64,000 nt of DNA, from assembly GCA_035084275.1 (NCBI GenBank), contig CM068749.1, positions 17,608,001 through 17,672,000 of the forward strand, read 5' to 3'. Positions 1 to 10,320 of this stretch are shown here, piece after piece. The position numbers were made by a program, and so were the translations under genes. The notes below the pieces were generated by a model, which saw nothing but the letters and a program-made list of their open reading frames with translations, did no database searches and was not told the origin of the DNA. The DNA is from Hydrolagus colliei. Its lineage: Eukaryota. Position 1 is the stretch's first letter; each line of letters starts with the position of its first letter.

Positions 1-535
1 TGAAGTGGAGATTAAAAAATGAAGTGTTTGAATATTCATTAGAAAATGTGACTTGATGGAACTCATCCATTAATATTTAAGAAAATTAGAGTAGAAGTAG
101 GGGGAGCTGAGCCTGGAATATTTTGCAACTCATTAATTGAAATTGTTATATCAGGATATTAGGAAATAGATAATGTCGATCCTTGTTTTGCAAAAAAAAG
201 TCATATTTATGATTCTGTTAGTTAGTTAGTTAGTTAGTCAGTTAGTTAGTTGGTTAAGCGATATGGGACAAGGGTTGGTAAACACAGTTGAGATACAGAT
301 CAGCCATGATCTTATAGAATGGTGGAACAGGCTTGAGGGGCTAAATGGCCTACTCCTGTTTGTATATTTTAAAGGAATTCATCCAAGCGCATGTAATAAA
401 TGTAAAGGCGATAATTCCAGGTCTACACTGGTTTATGAAACTTAAGTAATGCCTAAAAAGACAAGTTGGAACAGATTGGTCCACAAGAATAGTCTAGTGT
501 GTGTTATACATTTGGATTTTCAGAAGGCATTAATG
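1..535 (+). mobile_element. Old, heavily decayed CR1 LINE ORF2 fragment (pre-RT and RT N-terminal region), interrupted at about 215-360
   Basis: Degenerate traces of HPxxLKxx...IFxxSL...ANVxP...KK at 55-200, HGFMK near 426-442, and 'gttatacatttggattttcagaaggca' (VIHLDFQKA, RT motif) at about 503-530. The order is colinear with the young CR1 at 43-45 kb. Confidence 0.65.
215..360 (+). mobile_element. (GTTA)n microsatellite followed by a younger CR1-type 3' end, nested in the old CR1
   Basis: (gtta)n at about 217-251, then 'gatcagccatgatcttatagaatggtggaacaggcttgaggggctaaatggcctactcctgtt', a typical chondrichthyan CR1/HE1-type 3' UTR. Confidence 0.7.
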
Positions 536-609
536 GCCAAATGATCTTGTAGAAGTTGACAAAGGGAGGAAAGGAGAGCCAGAGGACATGATCATGAATG
601 AAAGATGAC

Positions 610-717
610 ACAAGCTGAATGTTTTCACGTCAGGAGGACATCCCAAGGCGCTGGGAACAACAAAGTTACATTTGTAAAACGCCTTTCACACCAGGAGGAC
701 GTCCCAAGGCGCTGACA
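610..717 (-). mobile_element. Two tandem, very short L2 3' tails
   Basis: 'tttcacgtcaggaggacatcccaaggcgctg' recurs as 'tttcacaccaggaggacgtcccaaggcgctg'. The same tail occurs at about 26700, 27140 and 36900. Confidence 0.7.
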
Positions 718-1912
718 AGAATGTTAGCCAGTGACGCGCAGTACAACACATGCAGTGCTGACTCAATAACATTACAAGGAATACAGTCACTACACTCCAC
801 AACACAATTCTAAGAGTTGGTCACAACAGGTTCTGAAAGAAGACCAGATTGCAGTAAGTCAACTGTTACTAGCCCCAAGGAAAGACCGATTGTAGCAAAA
901 TTAAGGAAGGTAACTGTAGTTGTAAGTACTTCCAACATAAACGACGTATCTCTTTGTGTGTTCCACATCATTCCACTTTAGCAGCTATCTTTCCTTTCAG
1001 AGAAGGTCTTCATTAAAGAGCTATGAAAACAGCAAAGCTGATATGCATTCCATTGGAAGGAAACCGTAGCTCCTAATTATTCTATAAGCAGACCAGTGAT
1101 GTTGAAATCAATGCCAGTCAACAAATCTACTCCATGAGGATCCCACTGTTTAGCATCGGTAGACCATGTCTCCTTTATTTCCATTTGATTGAAATGTCTC
1201 TCAACTGAACTCCATAGAGAAAGCCTTCAGCTAAGTATTTCTCTAAAATGAAAGGACACTGAGATATATACATCAAATTCAATTAAAACATACCTTACAC
1301 TGAAAGTACTTAGTCTTTTATTTAAAAGAAAACAGTCCATATAGTAGTAGGAATTAATATAAAATGAAGTGTATCCCCTTCTGTAGAACATATTATTCAA
1401 CTTTAATTATCAAGAATGGAATTTAATAGGACTATGGTGCCAAGCCAGGAAATCAATGTCTATATTGCTATCCTTTTTGACACTGTTGTTCTCATTTTTC
1501 ATCTTGAACAAATGACATCCATTACCTATGCTGTTTTTTTGAACCCAATCCTCCACTGTAACAAACAGAATTATTTTTGATATATGACTGTGTCATATTT
1601 AATCACTGCACCTAACATGCTGTTCCCACCACAAAACAATTCATTGTTCTGGGCTCCATCAGCTTAGAGTCACCCAGAGCACTATGACTGGTCGAGTGCG
1701 CTAAGTGCCCTACATGTGGGCCACACCTGAGAACTTCATGAAAAAAATAGCAGAACAAGGTAGAGATATACTATCCAGGATAAAGTGACAGAGGAAAACA
1801 GTCAAATTACCTTAAAGGGAACATTTACAAGGAGAGTCAGATTACAGAACCACAGGTGTGCCATTCAATCAGAATAAAGACAAATTGTAAGGATGTCTCC
1901 TTGATAGTAATA

Positions 1913-2353
1913 TGATAATAATTCTTGCATTTGATATAATGCCTTATCACATCTTTAAGATGTCTCAAAGTGGCTTTTGCAAAGTATAATGTAAAGCGAA
2001 TTGACTGTATATTTTGTGGGCAAAACGCTTCTGCCAATTGCGCACAGCAGTGTCCCACAATCATCCATGGAATGAGTGACCAAATAAATAATAATTCTTA
2101 CTTCAAAGCAACCTTGGAATCCTGTAGCTCAGTCAATAATTATTATTTATTTACACATATTTGTTTTTCAAGGAATTATTAACCCAGAAAAGTGATCCAC
2201 CAATTGAGTAACGACCGGGTTTCCACTTACTGCTAGGTAAACCAAGGCGTGTGAAATAAAGAAACTTGCCCATTGTTTTGCCCCATATGGGAATTGAACC
2301 CAGGTCCTCTCGCTTGCAAGGTGAGTGCTCTAACCACTAAGCTACAGAAGTCC
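1913..2353 (-). mobile_element. tRNA-Ala-headed SINE, long variant with an extra CORE-like block and an internal inverted insertion
   Basis: Minus-strand head 'ggacttctgtagcttagtggttagagc...ccttgcaagcg...gggttcaattcc' with A and B boxes and a TGC anticodon-like loop. Body and tail match the copies at 6653, 19731 and 37878. Confidence 0.9.
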
Positions 2354-4324
2354 AAGGTTGCTTTGATGTAATATTACTTTTACCTTCCTTATGATAACAA
2401 TAAGAGGAAAAGCAATGGGTTTAGTGTGTTGGCATTTCATTATGGCTCGTCAGTAAAGTTACTGGTCTTAGCAGTGTGTACATCATATTGACAGCAGATA
2501 CTCAATATCGTGAATATGGAGGAATACGGTTGACCTAGCTCTTGGAGAGTGCTGTAAAAGTAATACTTCATTAAAGCAGCCCTTCTGAGGTTCTGCTTAA
2601 GATATTCATTCATGTGCTCTGCAGCTAGATTAATTTCAATACAAAGTGTATCAGAAAATCCTTTTGAAGTTTGTTACCTAAGTACCCTTGGATAAATTAG
2701 GAAAGATAATTATAATCTCCTCAGATCATTGTGCTTCCTATTTATTTCTCTCCCCACTTTTCTCTCCTCCTTCTTCCAGGATATAAGAAGTTCACTCAGT
2801 GAGTTCAGGTGACTCGGGGCCTGAATGGATTACAAGGTCTGAATGGAAGACGAGGGCCCCATCTAATTATGCTGTTGTACTTAGCTGCTGTGTTTCTACA
2901 GTAACGCTCTAATGCTACTAATTTATATTGCCTCCCATTATGAAGTTGCGACCACAGCTGCCGGATCATAGCCTGCTAATTTTAATGTAAGAGCACAAAT
3001 CATCATGACTTTAGTCAACACTTCTTTCGGTTGCTCTGTAAAACGTTTGAATTATCACCTTCAGAATATCAAGGATTTACTTTCTCTTTTCCAGGAGCGG
3101 GTTTCCAACTTCAATTTCAATGTCCTCCCTCTGTTAACCATAGTAACAAATCTAGGAGCCGCCATTTAGGGAATGAGTCACAGTAGCTGAACATTATGTT
3201 GGTGAATGTACGGACTCAAAAAAAAAGATTTGGTATAGCCAAATAATAATTTGTACAAGAGAGGACGCATACCTCTGTATTTAAACATACTTTAGCATAA
3301 TTTAACTTGGCCTTTGTTTCAATTTAACAAATGACTTTTTAACGCAAAATCCAATTCTTTTATATTATATTGGGAATTCAGTAAACCGAAGCAACCAAGC
3401 TGATTTTACCTACCTGCAGGTTATGCTTGGCTCCAGTCAATGATTTTCTGATTAAGGAGCCTTACAGTTAATAGCTTTATAGATTTTTGGTTACATTTAT
3501 TGTGAATAGCAATCTTTCAAAACTTCCACACTTTATAAGTGATACTTCCCGACTGACAGCATACTTAACTATATATTTTATATCACAAGGAATGTTGATC
3601 TTTCTTGACGAATGCCTTGCATGGATTAGTCATCAGGAAAGCTGACTGGCTCAGTTTACACTCAGGGAATATTGCTCTTGGGAAAATCAACAATTTAAAC
3701 ATCAATTTTTCAGCCTGCATATAAACAGAATAAGTAAAAGAGCTATAAGTGAGTAGCAGCACTCAGCTTTCAATGATAACCTTGTTAGTGCTTCATATAA
3801 CTGTGTGTAGCCACTCAGCATGACATCTCTTCCTACTTCCTTTTATGAATAATTTTGTTATAGTTTATCCTTTTCAGAGTGCTCTGTATTATAACATTTA
3901 CTACTACATTAGTACTACATTTATTAAGACTCCTTTTATAGGCTACAAGAACATGTTCTGCAGTATACCACCCACTCTTGTTTGTATATCTTCCTTTTTC
4001 TTAAGCTGCCGTATCCCTTTTCCAATTATCTACTTGTCAATTTCATAAATTCAAAATCAACCAACCAGCGATGTCGCTGTACTTGGAAGCGTTTAGAAGC
4101 ACAACTAACAGTACATAAATTACCATAATAAAATGTAACTACATTTTGAAAGCAGAAGGATTGTGATGAAATAATTATGCAGATTCATAAGGAAATAATT
4201 TGCTTTTATTTTAGTGTAAGCATATAATGGTCCATAAAAAAGACACCTCCGTCTTTCTCTAGATTTGTTTCAGTCCTGAAACCTTTTCACACTTGTTTTA
4301 GACTGATAGGCAATCTCATTTCTT

Positions 4325-4823
4325 TTGGATGAGACATTGAACTGACTCACTGTCTGTCTGATCGGGTGGGTAGTTACAGATCCCATGACAGTACAGTATT
4401 CCAAAAGAGAGCAAGTTTCTGCCAGAATCCTAGTCAGCAATGCTGATTAATTGGTCATTTATTTTGTCAAATGTCTGTTTTAGGGGCCTTATTGACACAA
4501 TGACCATTTGCCTACAAAATACAATCTCTGTACTCAACAGTAATTATCTGTAAAGTGGTTTGGCTTTACATCCTACAGTCCCTCCGCCTCAACCCTTCCA
4601 CCTGCCTTGCCTCCTTCAAGCCCCAAACCTTCAATCACCCTCTTTCTCCCCCTGCCCCGCGCGGCTCCCACCCTCTGGGATCCTGACTCCCAGCTCGTGT
4701 CTGAAACACTGATTGTGCAGTGCCTTAGGATGTTGTCCTGACGAGAAAGGCGCTATACAAATATCATTTTGTTGTTAATACATTTTGAGGTAATGAGGTG
4801 CTATAAAAATAAAGTTATTTCTT
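4325..4823 (+). mobile_element. Old Deu-domain SINE (SacSINE1/AmnSINE1-like) split by an L2 insertion
   Basis: Degenerate Deu-like text 'ggatgagacattgaact...gatcccatgaca...ttggtcattt...ttgcctacaaaatacaa'. The tail resumes after 4776 ('gaggtgctataaaaataaagtt'). Confidence 0.6.
4564..4776 (+). mobile_element. L2 LINE 3' end
   Basis: C-rich L2 3' region ending 'gtgccttaggatgttgtcctgacgagaaaggcgctatacaaatatcattttgttgtt'. Confidence 0.75.
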
Positions 4824-6652
4824 TGTTACTCTTGATGAATTGTACAGTCCATTAGATATCTAAACAATGTCCCTATTTTTGACTTTTTAAAAGTGGTTGC
4901 AGATCTTGAGATTTTGATTTAAATAACAATTTTTTTTAAAGGATTCACGATTCAGTCATTATTCATTGTCCACATCTCCCCAATAAGCCACTTCCAAGTA
5001 ATTATATGGTTAATCTTCAAATCCATGCCAATAGGCCAGGCTTATCAACAAGAGCTTCTAACAAGTCCACTATGCAAGTTGTGTTTCTTAACCTATTGTT
5101 TTATCAACTGTGACAAGGTTATTGTGCCCTGAGGTGTGTAGTTTCGAGAAACTGAAGTGTCGTGACTTTCCAACTGTCAATGTAGATAGCAAAAAGCTAA
5201 ACAGTATTTCCATGTGTTTTATATTCATCGCTTTCATTATTTTAATTAAAAATTCTGTGCTTAATTGCTTCTCACAAAATGCACTGCACACAATATCTCC
5301 TCATAAATGTTGTGTTCAATTACCTTTTCTCCAAAGTCTGGTAAACTCTTTGTCTCACTGCCAGTTTGAGGTTATACGAGTGTTAGTACAGTAAACTCTG
5401 AACAAGATTCCTGAAATAAGAGTCAAAAAAGAATTAACCTTGGGAATATGCACACCAAGTTCCATATATTAATGATACATTCAGAGTATGCAATAGAAGT
5501 GCCATGTTCAATACCAGAGCAGCAGGAATAAGTAGTTTATGATACCTTTACACAAGTTTAAATGCCACTTAGAGTATAACTGTGGGCAAATACTGTACAA
5601 CAGTGTGGTGAAAAGGTTATAGCACACATCCTGTATTATGGGCAAAGAAAGTTAGATAGATTTCCAGGAATCAATGAGCCACATCTTGGGCGTTCCATCA
5701 TTGCACATCCTCTGCTGTGTTGCAGTGACCTAGTATGGTTCATTGATGCACAGCAGCAGTTATTAAATAGGGAATGAAGAGATCCTCTCTCTATCGGATT
5801 CTTATGGAGCAGGAAATATTGGTAAGATCATTGGTGTAAACTGTTTTGACATCCGATAGTGTGATCCAGTGGTACCAAAACATGTTCAGGTACATCTGTG
5901 CACAGGTTGACTACTTTGTTCGCTCACAAAACGCAGTCAATCCAGTTTACAGTAAACCCTGTAACGTCCTCCTGATGTGAAAGAAGGTACAGTATACCAA
6001 ATGTATGGATTATTATTATGATCTCCGATAACAATTATTTTCTTTCAGGACTCTGCTCATGAGCAGATTTCTGAAATAAGCAGATTCCAGTGACGTGACA
6101 AAAAGGTGCCTCTGTGGCAATGGTTTTGTTGATGGCACTTTGTTTGCTCACCATTCCCTTGATCATTAATTCCACGAACAGCAAACATTGCAATTAAAGA
6201 GCAAATACATATAAAAAAGAAAATGAGACCGACAAAAAAAGAAAGTGTTTAGAAAGTTAATTCATGCAACAGACATATCCTTTAGCTTTGCCATATTTAC
6301 TTGACAAAACTGGTCTACCTTAACCTCTCGTAATTTATTCAGTGAATAAAACTCATTTATTGCCTCATAAACTTAGCCACTCTGATGTATATCACTGAAT
6401 TAGTCTAATTAGCACGAACATGTCAGGTTCATATTGTCCAGGTTGTGCCATAAATAAAAGATAAATGAATTGTTTCATACAAATAAGGTCCTCATTTGCA
6501 CATCCTGGTAAACAGGTTTTATTGCGTTCATATAACAAATGTAATATTTGTAATGGGGCAGCTCACGTGCCTCACACATGAACAAAATCCCAAAATGTAA
6601 ATGTACAGCTTTTAAATCAAATACTGGATTACACATTGTGTTTGAAGAAGTT

Positions 6653-6941
6653 GGAGCCCTGTAGCTCAGTGGTGAGATCATTCGCCTTACAAGAAAGAGA
6701 CCTGGGTTCAATTCCAGCCAGGTTTCCTTGCTCCACATGCCTGATAATAAACCCTTAAAAGAATAATAATAATAAATTGGTAATTTCAATCCATGACTGT
6801 TTGTGGGACACTGCTGTGTGCAATTGGTTGCCACGTTTCGCCCACAAAAATACAGTCAATTCACTTTACAGTATATTCTGTGAAGCGCTTTGAGATGTCT
6901 AGAAGATGTGATCAGGTGCTATATCCAATGCAAAGATTATT
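6653..6941 (+). mobile_element. Near full-length tRNA-derived SINE (resembles elephant shark SINE2-1_CM)
   Basis: A box 'tagctcagtggtgaga', B box 'gggttcaattcc', Deu-like block 'gtttgtgggacactgctgtgtgcaattggttgcc', L2-type tail 'gcgctttgagatgtc...tgctatatccaatgcaaagattatt'. Confidence 0.92.
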
Positions 6942-7618
6942 TACATGTATATATGTATATATAATATGGTATGTAATGTTGGCTGGAAACTTTACACCTT
7001 GTCAGACGTAGCCACAGTCCCAGAGGTTTCAAATGTGTTCCTCTAATCAAACAATCAACTTTTAACAATTGAATGAATACAAGAGCAAAAAAAGTGTTTT
7101 CATAATTTCTCTTTTTCTTCACTTTAGCCAGCGGTAGTCATATTTGCTGCCCGCAGAGATTAATTTATTTCCTTCTAAGAAGATTGTGTCTTGACTATAA
7201 ATGGTCATTTTTGCCCCTGGGAGCTTGTGTGTCCACACCACTCAGAACTGTTTCCAGCTCATTAGAGTTGCTTACCACAAAAGGAAAAGCTGCACTTCTC
7301 AACCAGCACAGGTAGGCAATGCTTTTAAAGGTTGTCATTGAACATTTGTTGACGAGTCCTAGAGGTTTCTTAAAAGAAAACCATTCACTACATTGATAAA
7401 AAGGGGGTTACAGAACAAAGTAACTTTTCAAGAGATGCAATACACCATATTTGATATGATAAAAACATAAAACTTTAAAAAAATCTCAGGGATACTGATA
7501 AATACAGTATCATTTTATGAGAAAAATCACGGAATAAACTAATACATACTTCAGGGTATAAAGTGTTAGAATTGTTAAGTTAGAATTATAAAGTGCTGGT
7601 GAATTATTGTACTGCCAT

Positions 7619-8045
7619 AACAACAACAACTTGCATTTACATAGTGCCCTCCATCCCAGGCGACAACTCAGAGTGCTTTACAATGGCCGAGTCAGGGGCA
7701 GGGGAGAATGGTACCATAGGCGCAGTCAAAGAGGAAGGTCTTCAGGTGTGACCTGAAAATGGGGAGGAAGGGGCAAGGCAAAGGGGTTGAGGAGGGGAGT
7801 TCTAAAGTTTCAGGGCATAATGACAAAAAGCACGGCTGCCAATGGTGGAGCAGGGGATTTAGGGGACAAGGAGGAGGCCGGACCCAGTAGAGTGGAGGCA
7901 ACAAGTACTGTTGTGAGGAGAGAGGAGGTTAGAGAGATTAGTGGGATGCCAAGGAATGGAGGGATTTAAACACTAGAGTGAGGATCTTGAATTCGATTTG
8001 CTCCGTGACAGGGAGCCAGGGAAGTTTGACAAGGTCTGGGATAAT
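7619..8045 (-). mobile_element. 5'-truncated L2 LINE (ORF2 C-terminus plus 3' tail)
   Basis: Minus-strand peptides LPWLPVTEQIEFKILTLVFKSLH and FRSHLKTFLFDCAY are typical of the L2 ORF2 C-terminus. The tail ends in (GTT)n. Confidence 0.88.
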
Positions 8046-8319
8046 TGTGGTACAAAGCACGGAGTACAAATCGGAATGCAAATAAATGCAACCACGTGAG
8101 TTGTCACAGGTTTATTCAAATAACTTTCCTCAGTAAATTGTCACTATTTACTTATTCTATATCGCAGGGCATATTTGTGATGCCATCAAGCTTAACCTTC
8201 TCTCCGAGAGCAATACTGTTTGGAAAGCAACAGATTTGTTTAAAGGAATATTCCAAATAAAGCACTATCACAGCTTTATGCTCGAGTACACATGTAACAA
8301 GTACACACTTCTACGCTCC

Positions 8320-8660
8320 CTGGTTTAGCAGGCAAATGCACCACTCAATGCACCAAAAAGCCAAACAGACCAGAGATTTGATTCCCAATAGGTGCTGAGC
8401 TGATTGATGTCAGCCACAGCATCTGTACATATGTTACATTTGGCCTTAATGCCCTAAGGCATTAAGAGAGGAAAACCTTCTTCATTTTCTAATAACCTTG
8501 TGTGTGTATGTGTATGAAGAGAACAGGTTTGGTTGTGATTCCCTCCAATGAACAGCCTGTTGACCATTGTAATCTAGGCCTGTCCAGAAAGAATAATCAC
8601 TTACACAAACTACCAAAGAGTCACAGTATCCCATTGAACTGTGCCCGAGGAGAAGCTTGT
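8320..8660 (+). mobile_element. Ancient SINE-like interspersed repeat, copy 1 (family unnamed)
   Basis: Colinear degenerate blocks shared with 33530-33910 and 60190-60280. Confidence 0.5.
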
Positions 8661-8925
8661 GTTCTCGGGTTGTTTAAAAGCAGCTCAGGAAATTCATGGC
8701 CTAGACCTCCTTTGAGTTCTCAAATGGTCAGTTTGCTCAGATGGTAATCTCAAGTGCAACTGTGAAGTTGGGCTAAAATCTACAAACTCTGTCACCCATG
8801 AGAATCAGTGCTCCAGCCTTCAACCTTGGCATGCCGCTATTTTGCTTTTCATATTGCACCAGGGATGCTTCAAAGCAAAAGACAAATTAAGAAAATGTTT
8901 TAATAATTCAATAAGTTTGCCCCAT

Positions 8926-9115
8926 TTGCCTGAAAAGGTGGTGGAGGCCGATTCGAGAACAACTATTAAAAGAGAGGTAGACATTTATTTGGGGAGGACG
9001 GGTTTGCGCAGTTATGGGGAGAGAGCTGGGAGTGGGAGCAAATTGCTCTTTTTAAAGAGCCGGCACAGACTCGATGGGCCGAATGGCCTCCTTTTGTGCC
9101 GTAAGATTCTATGAT
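8926..9115 (+). mobile_element. CR1 LINE 3' end (about 190 bp), same family as 43321-45456
   Basis: Encodes LPEKVVEADSRTTIKREVDIYLGRTGLRSYGERAG, close to the young CR1 C-terminus. The 3' UTR ends 'attctatgatt'. Confidence 0.92.
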
Positions 9116-9900
9116 TTCTGAAGCATTGTACGGTGCAAAGGGAGTTGCTATGAACTACTGATCACCATATCTGTCCTTTCATCTAGATCATAAATCTAGC
9201 TAAACCACAGGTTCCACGCTCCTAAATAGATTCATCCAAATGTGCAGCTGCATTCAGATAGCCTAGGAGCTTGCGAATGCGTTCATTGGTATAAAAATAT
9301 ATTTTTTGAAATGGTTAATCGCATTTAATGATATTGTAGTAATATTAGCAATGTTCTAAAGAAGCTACAGGAACACCAATGCTGTTTACACTGCAGGATG
9401 CAGATCAATGTAAACCAAGTTATTTCTGCATGTCACGATCAGATACATGGCTCTCTGTGGTTGAGCTCCACATCTGCTGAGTCACATATGCTGGAGTCCA
9501 GTTATGATATTCTGTGATTCTTTTGGAAGCTAACTAATGTGCAATTAACATTACCAGAAAAATCAGATAACTTGTAATACTAAACGAGGCACCAGTGGAC
9601 CTTGCCCCTTACAATATATTGCTTTCAAATATTTCCAAAAGAATAATCTTTCTAAAGCATAGCTCCTCAGTGCCTTCCACTTCATTTTACCTCACCCTCT
9701 CTGTTTCCATTAATGAGAATGGATTAATATTTTCGCACTGCTATCTCTCTCATTGTACGAGTACTGAACATGAAAAAATGTGATATGTGATGTAACTATT
9801 ATTCACCCCTAATGTGTGGAAGTGGAACTGTCTAACACCATCTGCAAAAAGGCTGCATTTACTGTAGGTCTCAGGATCACAAGGCATAATGCTCAAATCC

Positions 9901-10320
9901 AATAATATATAATCCTTGCATTTCATATCGCACCTAATCAGGTCATCAAGACATTTCAAAGCACTTCACAGAATATACTATCAATTGACTTGATGAATTT
10001 TGTAGGTGAAACACATTAGCCAGTTGTGCACAGTAATGTCCCACAAACAGCTACAAAGTGAATGTTAAGCCAGACATTGGGATAAACTCCCTTTTCTTTT
10101 TGACCAGCGCCATGGTATCTTTAACATCCACCTGAATAGGCAGATGGGAACTCGGTTTAGTGTCGTGTCCAACAGACTGCACTTTCAACAATGCAACATA
10201 CCCCCAGCACTGGACTGGAGTGATAACTTACACCTTGTGATTCCATGGCCCCATGTGGGGCTTCAACCCACAACCTTCTGACTCAGAGAGCGGAGTACTA
10301 CAAGTGGGCCAGTCTGACAC
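9901..10320 (-). mobile_element. Near full-length tRNA-headed Deu-domain SINE (SacSINE1-like)
   Basis: Minus-strand head 'ctctgagtcagaaggttgtgggttgaagcccca', Deu block 'caggtggatgttaaagataccatggcgct...gggagtttatccc', and an L2-type tail. Confidence 0.82.

Noticed and set aside
1040-1245. Minus-strand acceptor followed by exon-like sequence
   Set aside because: All three frames stop within about 25 codons of the acceptor and no peptide is recognisable.
2810-2865. Collagen-like GLN-GLQ-GLN-GRR-GPH frame downstream of a strong polypyrimidine acceptor
   Set aside because: Only five triplets, arising largely from a short 'ggyctgaatgga' duplication. There is an in-frame stop just upstream, no suitable donor and no other collagen exons.
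3595-3640. CUGAUGA...GAAA hammerhead-like words (also at about 18400 and 51065-51100)
   Set aside because: Stem II closure and the stem I/III plus NUH geometry cannot be formed.
6653-6725. tRNA-like sequences (also at about 2285-2353, 19965-20033 and 38125-38191)
   Set aside because: They are SINE heads, each joined to the same body and tail and lacking a proper acceptor stem, so they are not tRNA genes.
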